64,000 nucleotides of DNA from Yuukianura sp. NJ FZ-2021 (Eukaryota), in the NCBI GenBank assembly GCA_046563655.1, contig CM102289.1:6386001-6450000 (forward strand), written 5' to 3'. Positions within the stretch are counted from its first letter, which is position 1. Each line of letters starts with the position of its first letter. Both the position numbers and the translations under genes were made by a program. Below are positions 26,209 through 38,415 of this stretch, piece by piece. The notes under the pieces are model-generated. The model was given only the letters and a program-made list of their open reading frames with translations, had not been told where the DNA came from and made no database searches.

Positions 26209-28470
26209 TTATTTTTCTCGTACGGTAATAATAGCGTCGTAAGGTTTCGTATATAACGTTAATCCCATTTGCGGTTCCAAATTTGGTTTGGCTCCAGGCT
26301 GAAGAGAAAATTTGAATTTTTGAACCAAAGTCGTAATAAAAATGAAGAGACTATCTCGACCCAGGGCTTCACCAAAACACACTCGTTTTCCTGTGAAAAT
26401 TCATTTTCGCAAAAATTTCAAAATTGTAAGTGTTTTACTCATAATTGTAAAATTAGTATACCCACCAGCTCCAAATGCGAGAGAAACTATGTCTTGTTTC
26501 TTGTTGTCAATGTTTCCTTGCAGGTCAATGAATCGGTCAGGTCGAAATACATGTGGGTCACCCCAAGTGTCCTCATCAAAGAAAATACTGTGATTGTTCA
26601 GCATTATCATTGTTCCCTAAAATGTTCAAATATACTTTCTCTCAAAGTGAACCAAAGTCTAAAGTTTAAAGTTTTCGTTTTACCTTTTTGATTACAAAGT
26701 TTCGATAGGAGAAATCCTGCAATGTTTTTCGTGGTGAACCGAGAGCCAGAACACGAGCCCATCGAAGTCCTTCTAAAATTACAGCTTGGGTAAACACCAT
26801 TCTAAAAACAAGTTGAGTAAAACTTTAAACACTTTCGAAAAATGCCACTCTGCCGACTCATAATAAAGTTTAAAGCGACATTTAGAAGGTTGTGTGAAGA
26901 TTTGAATTGCAACCTGGATTTGTCTTCAATTGACGGTAAACGGTAATTCCCAATCACAGTTGAAACTTCTTGAAAAACTCTCTCTTGAATATGTTCATTA
27001 GCAACAAGATGAAGAAGAGTCATATTCAAAACATTGCTAGCTGTATCCGTTCCAGCTTGCAGCATGTCAGAGAATATAACGGCATAATGTTCTTCTAAAA
27101 CCATAAATCCTTCATTGCTTTCTTAATTTTCTACATTATTAGGTTAAAATTTACAATTTTTAAATAAACAATAAGTTTACCTGTGTACAATGGGTTTGCG
27201 CTTTGAGAGTCCTCGTCCATTTTCTGCAAAAAATTGTCCGTAAAGCATGTCGGGTCGACATTGTAGCCTCCGTTTTTCCGTTCGTCCAAAAATCTCTAAA
27301 AAAAAAATTTTTTTTTTCTTCTTTTTAAGGATTGGAGTAACCAAATCTAATTGTACGAAAACAATACTTTTGTTTTACTTGATATGGTCTTACCAACCCT
27401 ACCGCCTGCATCTCTCGCATTCCTTTCATTTGCGTATTGTAACCCAATAATTTTGGGAAGACGAATCTGAGGAATGGATAGGCCACCATAATTCCAGCCC
27501 CAACGGCTCCATTTTTCATAAAATCGTAGTCGGAAGCCAGAATTTTTTGAAATTCGCTGTCATCGTAGTTGTACCTTTTGCCCATCATCAATGCTGACAT
27601 AATGTTTAGATAAGCTCCATTGAAAAACGCAGAACCAAAGTGAACCTTGCTTTCTGGATTTGATTTGGATTCATTTTCTATGAGTTTCATTAATTCTGTG
27701 ATTTCATCTAGAAGCATATTTTGCATGACTTCACGCTGTCCGTATCCATACGTATTGAGGGTTTCTTTACAATAGCGTCGTGTCTCATCATTTTTGGGTC
27801 CGTTAGAATACCCAAGACCTAACAAACCCCCGAAATAGACTGAAGATTTGTTTTGTTGTGTTGCGAATGATTACTTCAAAGTGGCATACGGTTCACTTCG
27901 TATCAATGTTTACAGGTAGTCGAAGCTGTAGTAGGTTTAGATTTACCAATTTCCTCATTTCCAAGGTTCCTGTCGAGAAGTATCCCAGTACAGTCTCGTC
28001 CAGCGGTTTCATCTTTTGAAAGGATTTGTCTTCCTGCCTCAACCGATGAAAGTACAACTACAGTAAAAGAAAATTCAAGCTTACATGACCCACACAAGGC
28101 TTAGAATACGAAAATAGATGGATTTTTGATTGTATACATTCCATTATACTGTTGTACCTGTCTCAATTAGCCCCATTTTTATGCTCATGACATCTCCATA
28201 CTTTTTTGACAACTTGTGCAACGCAATATGAGCAAGGTTGTCCGCTAGTCCGATTTGAATCAAATTTCCAAACGGTGGAATACGAAGTGGACCTTTATTT
28301 CGGTTTTAATTATTATTTAATTAAGAATTTATATTTTTATAGAGATAGCTTTATGAAGGCATGCGCGAAAGTTTACCTGGAGGTCGTCCTCTGTTTCGTG
28401 CAATATTTTGGAAATAAAACCAAACAATGTATAGTAGAATGGGAGAAATGACAAAGATTTGGAAGAACAT
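26209..28470 (-). CDS. Cytochrome P450 no.6 (close paralog of no.3)
   Basis: Starts MFFQIFVISPILLYIVWFY. Motifs QAGTDT, EGLR, FRPDRF and GKRVCFGE. Ends IITVREK*. Confidence 0.92.
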
Positions 28471-28880
28471 TGTGATTGTTTAATATAGATGGAATGAAAT
28501 ACACGTCGATTTGCGTCGTCCGGTTGCAAACTGTTACACACTCTGACTTAAAAAGCTTTTTTCCAAGGTCAATACTGCGTTGTAATTATAATTGACTCCA
28601 TGCAGGTAGCAACTAGATCAGCTCTGCGGTTGCTAAAACCAGTTGGAAGAAATTTTTATCAAATTCGAATCTCTCGGAACTTTGTTGAAAGTGGAAAAAC
28701 AAACTCCACTACTTACTTCATTGCATGATTACTCTAAAAGTGTAATTATTGTCTTTAATTAGACTCGGAGAGCCTTGGCCCGACTTAATTGATTAACTCA
28801 TTTTATTTGATTAGTTTGGTAACCTATTTGAGGTAGGTTTTACTTTGCATTGAATTTGGTAGAGTTTGGTTGAAAAGTTA

Positions 28881-29060
28881 AAACTTTTTCTTGAAGGGTA
28901 ACAATAGCATAGTAAGCGACGACAAATAAATTCACCCGAAATAGTGGTGCCATATATGGTTTAAGCTCTTTCATGCGCGAGGGAACATTTAAATTTTGGA
29001 ACCGTAATTGTAATAAAAGTGAAGAAAGCACCTCCCTGCAAAAAGCAAGTCCAGATAAAA
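28881..29060 (-). pseudogene. Degenerate P450 terminal-exon relic (counterpart of 18786-18950)
   Basis: Remnants FFTFITITVPKFK and LFVVAYYAIVTLQEK lie in different frames. Confidence 0.65.
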
Positions 29061-29352
29061 GATTTCGAAAAAATTTGTGGCCATGTATATTAATACTCAA
29101 AACTGTCAAATATGACATTGACTTGTTGAGGAATATTGGCAATAAAATTTTTAGTGTGGATTTTGCATTGAAGATTAAACAAAGTTTCCAGGAATTAAGT
29201 TTACCCGTATGATGATTATGTTACATGAAATGTTACAAAAGTTATTTGCCTAAATTGTGTCTGCGGTATTTTGACAAAATCAAAAAATCAGTTTTTATTT
29301 GAAGGAAAGAGTAATTAGACAATAATTGCTTAAGGGTGTCAATTTTGAACAG

Positions 29353-29530
29353 TTTTGTATTAAAGTTGTAATAAGAATGAAAACGCCGTCTCCGACACAG
29401 TACAACACCAAGACACTTCCCACATACGTTTTCCTGCACAAAAAAAAATCAAAATTTTTAAAGTGATTTTTTGTAGGCATTACTATACTGACCTGTTCTA
29501 AAAGCAAGAGATATTATTTCTTTTTTCTTC
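29353..29530 (-). pseudogene. Remnant of a P450 no.4 paralog (end of exon 8, intron, part of exon 9)
   Basis: Collinear with ~19470-19640 but carries indels. The rest of the gene is deleted. Confidence 0.7.
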
Positions 29531-29590
29531 ATTTTTAGTACAAACTTCACGACTTAAAGTTAAAGATAAAAGTGAATGAAGTATGAGAAT

Positions 29591-31824
29591 CTATTTTTCC
29601 CGTAGCGTAACAATCGCATCGTAAGGGTCAGCATACAAAGCCGCGCCAATACGCGGCTCCAAATTCGGCTTGGATCCGGGCGGGAGGGAAAATTTAAATT
29701 TTTGAATCAAAGTTGTAATGAAAATGAAGAGGCTATCCCGACCCAGGACTTCACCAAAACATGCTCTTTTTCCTGTCAGAATTCCAAAAATGAGATTTCG
29801 AAAAAAAATTTATGGTCACATATTTTAGTAAAATTTGTAAAATAGTACACCGACCTGTTCCAAAAGCAAGAGAAATTATTTCTTGTTTTTTAGGGTCAAC
29901 ATTTCCTTGGAGGTCAATGAACCTTTCCGGTCGAAATATATGCGGGTCACCCCATGTTTCTTCATCAAAGAAAATACTATGAGTGTTCATCATCAACATT
30001 GTTCCCTAAAGTGTTCAAGCAAAGTTTACAAAAGTGAAGAGATTTACAAGGGACAATAGTTTCTTTTTTTCTAACTTTTTTGATAAAATAGTTTCGGTAG
30101 GAAAAATCGTTCATTGCTTTTCTTGGAACTCCAAACACAGCAACTCGATTCCAACGAAGTCCTTCCAAAATTACAGCTTGCGTGTACGGCATTCTGAAAG
30201 AAACGAGTAAAGATAAAAAAAAATATTAACAAAACTTTCAGTTTTTTTTAAAGAAAAGTATGGAAAATCAGAATTATAACCTGAGTTTATCCTCAATTTG
30301 TGGCAAACGGTAACTTCCAATTACAGATGAAAGTTCTTGAAAGACTTTCTCTTGTATGTTTTCATTGACTACAAGATGGAGAAGAATAAAATTTACAACG
30401 TTACTAACTGTATCCGTTCCAGCTTGTAGAAAATCAGCAAACACAACGGCAAAGTGATTTTCTAAAAGAAATATTTGTAAGAAATATTTCCGCTTTTTAA
30501 GAGTTAACATTTCCAATAATTAAATAAGTGTTAACGATGGATAAACAATCACCCGTATACAATGGTTTTGGAGTTTGAGAGTCTTCGTCCATTTTCTGCA
30601 AAAAGTTGTCTGTGAAACAAGATGGATGCGACTGGTAATCTCCCTTTCGTCTTTCTTCCAAAAACCTCTAAAATCCAAATTTTACAAATAAATTGTACTG
30701 AGAACAGGAAAAAGCAGGTTTATTTTTTGAGGTTTTTCTTTGAAAAGTATTGTTGGACCTTGGCGGTATCGTGGAACCCGCGCACTCCTCTAATTTGCAA
30801 ATCATGTCCCAACCATTTTGGAAAAATGTGTCTAAGAAACGGATACGCCATCATAATTCCAGTTCCAAGTCCAGCTACATTCTTCGTGACATCTCGTCCA
30901 TGTTCAAGGAGAATTTGAAATTGGTGGTCATCGGGACTAAACCTTTTGCCCATCATCCATGTTGACATGATATTTAGAAAGCTTCCACTAAAGAAGTCCG
31001 AATAGAAATGGACTTTATGTGCTGAATTTGAATTTGCCTCATTTTCAATCAATTTTATCAATTCTGTGACTTCGTCTAGGAGCATGTTGCACATGACTTC
31101 GCGATTCCCGTATCCGTATATTTTGAGCGTATCTCTACAAAAACGTCGTGTTTCGTCATTTCGAGCGCCCTCTGACATCACAAGTCCTTTGCAAAACGTC
31201 ATGTAAGAAGAACAGGATTAATTTTAATATTTCGAATTAAGTTACTTGTTAAAGTTAGTTTGGAGTACAGTTCTGTACTTTGGATTAGATTTACCATTTC
31301 CCTGTTGTCCTAAATTTCTATCCAATAATAAACCAGCACATAGCCGTCCGGCCGCTTCCTCTTTTGAAAGTACTTGTTTCGCCGCTTCAAAAGATGAAAA
31401 TACGACTAAAAAATATCAAAACACAATTCAAAAACCAAAACACACGGTTGGAGTTGCTCATTATTAACACACCGATATCAAGTAGCCCCATTTTGATGCT
31501 CATGACATCCCCATGCTTTTTTGCCAAATTGTGCAAAGCAATATGAGGAACTTTGTCTTCTAATGCCATTTGAACCAAGTTTCCAAATGGCGGAAGTCGA
31601 AGTGGACCTGAACCAAAAAAAATTAATAAAGTAGGTATTTCTAAAACTAAATTTTACAAAATATAGTTCTCGTTGAATTGAACAAAAAAAAACGACTTGC
31701 TAGAAAAAGAAATTCAAAAAGCAGCAAAGTTACCTGGAGACTGTCTTTTATTCCCAAAATTTTCAAAACAAACCCATAGAATGTATAATAGAAGAATCAA
31801 AAGAAAAACAATTTGCAAAAACAT
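29591..31824 (-). CDS. Cytochrome P450 no.7 (close paralog of no.5)
   Basis: Starts MFLQIVFLLILLLYILWVC. Motifs QAGTDT, EGLR, FRPERF and GKRACFGE. Ends YDAIVTLREK*. Confidence 0.92.
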
Positions 31825-32204
31825 CGTCCCTAATCGAAACGAGAGTAAATGAACAACAAGTTACTTGATTGCAATTCGAGTGTCACGGGCAATTTATTTC
31901 ACCAACTGGACTAGCCAACACAAAATTGCATGCTATTTAGAATTATATTCTGGACGTTGAACGAAAACAACTTTTTTTGTCCAGTCCGACCTTCAATCGG
32001 AGATAACAATAAAACCGAATCAATTTTTTTAGTACACGATAGAATTTTTTGTAGTGTCGAGAAATTTAAAGTTATGATATAAAAATTCAGCTAATTGTAG
32101 TTGATTATTGTATGTGGCGAAACGTAAAATTATATGCTAAAAAGTCCAGCTACTTGTAGTTGATTGTTGTACTTTCAACTTTACTCCAGCAATTTTTAAT
32201 CAAT

Positions 32205-34439
32205 TCAAAATTGTGGCTGTACTGATTTTCTGGGAGTCAAAATGGCATCGTAAGCATGTGGATATAGAGTCATGCCCACTCCTGGTTCTAACTGCGGTTT
32301 TGGTCCTGGTGGTAAAGTGAATTCAAATTTTTGAACCAGAGAAGTAATAAATAAAAACAAGCTGTCTCGTGCTAATACTTCACCAAAGCATACTCGCTTT
32401 CCTGCAATAAACAATGCAATAAAATCATAGGTGCATCAGGAGTAGGACGCGTTGAAATTTTTCAGTTTGTATAAAAACCTGCTCCAAAAACGACTTGCAC
32501 AATTTCCACCCTTTTTGAATCAAGCTGCCCCGCATCGTCAAAAAATCTCTCTGGCCGAAATTCAAGTGGGTCACCCCATACGCTTTCGTTAAAGAAGATA
32601 CTATGCAGATTGGACATTAAAACTGTTCCCTGCAAGAATAAGAGAAATTTAAACTGACCATGGTTTCTCAAAAGGAAATTCGTATTTGAATTACTTTTTT
32701 GATCAAATACTTTCCGTAAGTAAAATCGCGAGTGGCTTTTCTTGGAGCTCCCAAAACAAGTATTCGACTCCAGCGAAGACCTTCAAGGATAACCGCTTGT
32801 GTATACGTCATTCTGCAGAAGGTGTTGAAATATAATTGGAAAAACGCAAAAGTATAGCGGAAAACCTTCTTATTTTATAAAATACAAATGAAAATATTAC
32901 TGACAATGAATGCACAATGTTGTTTTACCTGAATTTGTTCTCAATGTCGGGAACGCGATCTAGACCGATAACATCCACAATTTCTTGGTAAATTTTTTCT
33001 TGAATTTTCTGATTTGAGGTGATATGAAGAAGGATAAAATTTATGACGTTGCTCGTAGTTTCCGTTCCAGCTTGAACAAAATCCGTGAACAACACAGCAA
33101 ACTGATTTTCTGAAAAGTATGCAATTCACAAAACCATGTCTACAAATTGGAGCAATTTTCTATATATGAAATTTACATCCTAGTAAGCAATAGTATTAAT
33201 CGACTAACCGGAAAATAAAGAATTCTTTTTGTCCAACTCTTGCAAAAAATGATCTGTTAAACAATTGGGATCTGTTTTGTACGCTTTCGTTTTTCTTCCG
33301 TTAAAGTGGTTCTGCAGTGAACAAAACACGAAGATGATATTTCATTACGTTTCCAACATCCAATTCAATCTCTAGCGTCTCAAATTTGTTTCAAAATTTT
33401 ACAAAATTTTACCATCGCTACTTCTTGAATACCACGGATTCCTCCCATTAGAGCAGTGTAGCCCAATGCAGTAGGTAACACATACCGTAGAAACGGAAAT
33501 GTTACGAGGAGCCCTGCACCTAGAAGGTCATTCCTGGCAATGTCATTTGAGTATTTGAGCATGACCTTAAAGTTGGGGTCATTGTACTCAAATCTTTTTC
33601 CCATAATAAGTGTGGTGATGATGTTTAAAAAACTTTTGTGAAAATATTCAGAATCAAAATGAACTATTCGTTGTGAATTGGAACTCGCATCTTCTTCCAT
33701 AGATTTTAGAAGTTCAGAGTTCAATTCTTCCAGGACTAAATTTTGCATGGATTCGCGATTTTTGTAGCCATATGCTTTCAATGTTTCTCTGCAAAACTTT
33801 CGAATTTCGTTGTATTCGTCTCCCTCTCCCAGCAGTAAACCTAAAAAAATGCTCTACTTATAATTATACCCATTTAAGTCTAAAAAAAAAGTTTAGAGAT
33901 GTTTATCGACAAACATTGTCTAAAACACGCCAAAAACGAAAAGGATTGGACCATACCGAGATTTTGTTTGAAATTTCTTTCCCATAGGAATCCAAAGCAA
34001 ACTCTTCCAGTTGCTTCCTCTTTCGTGAAAATATTCCGAACAACTTCTGACGATGAAAGTATCACTTCCCAAAAAATCGACATAATTTGTTGATAAACTT
34101 GAGTAATTGGTATACTTAAAGCATATTTAGCGAATCGCAACCTGTTTCAATAGGACCCATCTTAATACTCATGATATCTCCATACTTTTTGGCCAAGTTG
34201 TGCAGGGCAATATGAGGCAAAGGATTCTCTCGCAACATTTGAATCATATTTCCAAAAAGAGGAATTCGGAATGGTCCTAAAATTTGAAAATTTATAATAC
34301 TTGAAATTTGAATTTCAGATTATTTAAAATCCTAAAATTTTATATTACCAGGAGGTCTGTGACTGTTTCCAAAATTGTCAATGCAAACAGCTACCAAGTA
34401 AACTAGAAATAGGACTATCGCTGTGACCTCAAAAAACAT
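32205..34439 (-). CDS. Cytochrome P450 no.8 (more divergent array member)
   Basis: Starts MFFEVTAIVLFLVYLVAVC..RPPG|PFRIPLFGN. Motifs QAGTET, EGLR, FRPERF and FGA|GKRVCFGE. Confidence 0.92.
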
Positions 34440-35058
34440 TTTTCGTTGCGATTGGCCTCTACTGTAAACTCTAATCTGTAAAGTGAAAGTGACTACAAAC
34501 AGTTCAGTTTCCTCAACTTATACAAAACTTGTCTTCAAACTGAAACAAATTATGAGAAATTAATTCTATTGTAAACCAAATTTTTTCTAAAAAAAAATAT
34601 TATATAATGCTTTAAATTGGAATTAGAGAAATTGGAGCAAATTAATTTCATATCTTGGCTAAAATCGGTTGTTTCAGGAAATGGTTTTCACACATTGTTT
34701 CTTTTCTTTTAAAAAAAAAGTAAGAGGGGGATTTTTGTTATGATTATCAAGGTCATTTTAGACGTAGATTCTACAATAAATTATTAGACTAAATGCTATT
34801 AAATAATTGAAATTAAATACCACAATGGTAGTTTCTAAATTTAATTGTGTTTACAGTTTACGATCAGTTGGCTTCTGCTGCGATGTGTTAGGTCAAAATT
34901 ATTTAAGAATATGAAGGACAATTGACTTTCAATTTTCAACGAGTACCGTCCATCTATTTTTGGCCGAGGCCACCTCAAAAATGAAAGGTTTAAAACCCAA
35001 AAATTTAGTTGTACAGAATTTATTAAGTTTTCTGAAAATTCTTGAATTTTCAAGCAAA

Positions 35059-36846
35059 ATGTGTTGTACTGGTGGAACAATATTGATTAGAGATGTTCCT
35101 TTCACAAGCGTTCATTTTCCTGACGAAGTTCATCGCGGTAACTTCTCAAACATTCTGGAAACGGATATAGCTACATTTAAAACCATTTTGGGAGAAGATG
35201 GAGTTGTACAAGATCCAAAAACACTGGAGGTTCACAATGTCGACTGCTACAGAAGCTTCAAAGGTCAGACTGAGCATTACGTTTACAGAAGGAGGTCAAA
35301 GGTCAACTAATTGTTTTGTTTCAGGTCAAAGCAAAGTTCTGCTTCTGCCGAAAACTACGAGCGAAGTTAGCAGTATTTTGAAGTACTGCAATCAGCGACT
35401 GTTGGCAGTTACGCCCCAGGGGGGAAATACTGGTCTTGTAGGTGGCAGTGTTCCAGTTCTGGATGAAATCATTCTGTCTACCACAAGGATGAATACAATT
35501 CATGGCCTGGATGAGGTAAGTGGCATTCTGAAGTCGCAGGCTGGCGTGACCTTGCGCAGTCTCAATGAATTTGCCAAAGACTATGGATATATTGTTCCAC
35601 TTGACCTGGCACCAGACGAGTACTGTCAAATTGGTGGAAATATTGCAACGAATGCTGGCGGACTTCGCTTCTTCCGCTACGGTAGTCTTCATGCTAACGT
35701 TGCTGGGTTGGAAGTTGTAAGTTTAAGCAAATAGTTTTAGAAAAATAAAACAGTTTTTGATGAGAATCTTTTTAAAACAAAATGAAATTTTGAAATATTC
35801 AAAATGTCACAGGTACTTGCTGATGGTACTATACTGAACATGATGAAGTGTATGAAAAAAGACAATACGGGTTACGATTTGAAACAATTGATGATCGGGT
35901 CTGAGGGTACGTTAGGAGTAATTACGCAAGTTGCATTACAGTGTCGACGGAAACCAGTCGTTTCCGCCTGTATTTTCGTAGGTAAAGTCCACATTGAAAA
36001 ATTTTTCGGCAGATTGACCACGTTTTGTGATTTTATGGCTTTGAAAAATTTGAAATCCTTGCAGGATTGAAAACATTTGAGGAAGTTATCACCGTATTTA
36101 GAACGGCAGAAGCTCACTTTCGCGAATCTTTGACCTGTTGTGAACTAATGGATCGAGATGCGATGAATTGTGTCCTAAGAAACACGACTCTTAAAAATCC
36201 GATTGCGGGAGAATTTGAATACTTTGTGCTTTTGGAAATTTCGGGAAATGACGCTGACATATCCATTGAACAGTCGATTTCAAAATATTTAAAATCAGCA
36301 CCGATTGGGCATTTCACTTCAGTCACAGCGTTGTCTTCAAAAGAAATAGCGGTAAATTGGAACATCGGTTTAACAGTTTACTAGTTACATCAGTAAAACT
36401 TTTGTCTTAAACTTTGTTGCTCATAGAATGTTTGGGAACTGCGCCGAAGCATTGGACTGGCTGTTACATCTGATGGTTACGCATTCAAGTACGATTTTTC
36501 CATTCCACTGGAAACTATTCCAAAATTTTTGGAGGATGTGCGCAAGCGTGTTGAAGGCAAAGCGTTAAACTGCATATGTTTTGGACACATTGGAGACAGC
36601 AATATCCATTTGGTTGTGACTACTGAGGTTTATTCAAAGGAAGTCCGCGATCTACTGGAACCATTTGTATACGAATGGGTAGGGAATATTGGCGGAAGTA
36701 TCAGTGCAGAACATGGAATTGGATTTAAGGAACGCAAGTATCTCAAACACTCCAAATCACCCGAACACATCGAGATCATGAAACGAATCAAAATCGCATT
36801 TGATCCTAAGGGAATCTTGAATCCTTACAAAATATTTTTGAATTAA
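35059..36846 (+). CDS. D2HGDH: D-2-hydroxyglutarate dehydrogenase-like FAD-linked oxidoreductase (divergent)
   Basis: [70 protein letters not shown] and [11 protein letters not shown]. The start is uncertain because a further upstream exon is possible. Confidence 0.85.
35293..35305 (+). promoter_or_regulatory. Consensus DR1 element in intron 1 of the D2HGDH-like gene
   Basis: aggtcaaaggtca. Function is untested. Confidence 0.45.
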
Positions 36847-37289
36847 TTTTAATTACTAATCAAAATAGAACGTGAAATTTTGAAACGAACCCAACAGCGT
36901 TTTCTAATGTTAAGATTTTCATGTCTATAACGATGAGAGTGACGCTCTGAAAAAATTATCGCGCGAGAATTTTGAATTGGCAAAAAAAGTTTATCTTTTT
37001 AAAATTCTTGCCGGAAATAAATAAAAGGCGAATGTAAACAAACGATTAGTGATTTTTGAATAAATTCGGAAAATAAATTACTACGAAGTGTTTTTCACGA
37101 TTTTGTAAGTAAAAACGTAATTGGTCCAAGTGAATTAGTGCGATCTAAATTTTAAGTCAGCAATTTCGTCAACTACAAGAACGTGTGGGGTGTGAGTATC
37201 TTTACAATCTCGACAGGCTTTTATGACCTGCACAAAATTGTAGAACTGTAAATTAATTGTTCAGCTGTCGTTAATTATCCCCTCGAAGG

Positions 37290-37946
37290 ATGAATAAGGT
37301 GTTTGGATTTGGATCTCCGTTGGTCAATCATCTGTTCAAGAACGAATTGGCTCCATGTTTTACACAAAGTAAGATTAGTTAGTACGAACTTTGCAGCTAA
37401 CGCTAATGTTTTTCGTTTACGGTTTTCACGTTGAGACTGAGAGGGACTCGTTACGTTAAATTAATGAATAATCTTCGGTTAATTTGATAGGTATCCGTAA
37501 TAAGGCGAAGAAGGCTTCAGGGACTACAAAGAACAAGAAGCATTCGAAAGGACAAAACTACGGTCTGAAATTTACCGACGGACAGTACGTGCGAAAGTAC
37601 TGGGTACTTGCGACTCAGCCGACTCTGAGATACCATGGTGGCTTGAACGTTAGTTACTTACTCTCATTCCTTTACCACTTACTTTTGAAAGCAGAATGTT
37701 TAGCAAATAGAATTTTAATTTCTCGTTTGTCTCTTTTTATAGGTAGGAACTTGTAGCAAATTTACATTGATGTCATTGGCAGAAGGTAGAGTTGCCATTA
37801 CATGTGAAAAACCCGACCTTAACTGGAATCATGCTTGGAACCAAAAATTTTACGCTGGCAGAGAAGGTGTAGCGCTATATAAGAAGTATGTTAACGTCAT
37901 TCCTACAGAGAAACACAATCGGTTCAAAGTCATTGATCAGGTTTAG
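37290..37946 (+). CDS. MRPL27: Mitochondrial ribosomal protein bL27m
   Basis: Three exons: IRNKAKKASGTTKN..YGLKFTDGQYV..LATQPTLRYHGGLN|VG..EGRVAITCEKPDLNW..YKKYVNVIP..RFKVIDQV*. Confidence 0.85.
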
Positions 37947-38415
37947 TAAATGCTCATTTTGTTAATTAAGACGAGAACGCGATTGATCCAAAGTAGTCCA
38001 ATATTGAAACATTAAAAATTCTCCCTGTCCAACTGTATCCGACGTTTCGCATGCATTTTTGTACTGTTCTTGTTGTTCATAGATGGTCACGATGTATGAA
38101 GTTTCCAGTGAACTACGACATAGGATTCTGTCGGGATGTTGGATCATTCTCCTTGGGTGAATGACTTCTGAAAGATCTCGTTTGTATTATGTGTACCAAG
38201 GCGCCTGACTCTCATCGATTGATTCCCGGAGCTGCATAACAACAGGGCGAGAGATTTGTCTGCAAACTTCCAGACTTTCACTCTCCCCACTCGGAATGCA
38301 ATCTGCAAGGGAGTGAAAGTGACACCATCCCTATTGCTGGTGGTGCCAACTTTAGCCCCTCTTTAATAAACATTAATTAATCAGTTAGGGTTTGTACAAA
38401 GCTCAAGCGTCTACA

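Noticed and set aside
12401..34439. Naming the P450s CYP15A1 (JH epoxidase) and the region a JH pathway cluster
   Set aside because: The motifs support only a CYP2-clan-like assignment. Orthology needs phylogeny, and an eight-copy array is atypical for the dedicated JH epoxidase.
37990..38290. RNase P RNA-like words on the minus strand (gaaagtctgg, ttcagaag, ggactac), and a SECIS-like ATGA..GA
   Set aside because: The CR-V consensus fits poorly, the CR-I-like word is buried in a hairpin, and the SECIS stem does not pair. Kept only as an unassigned structured candidate.
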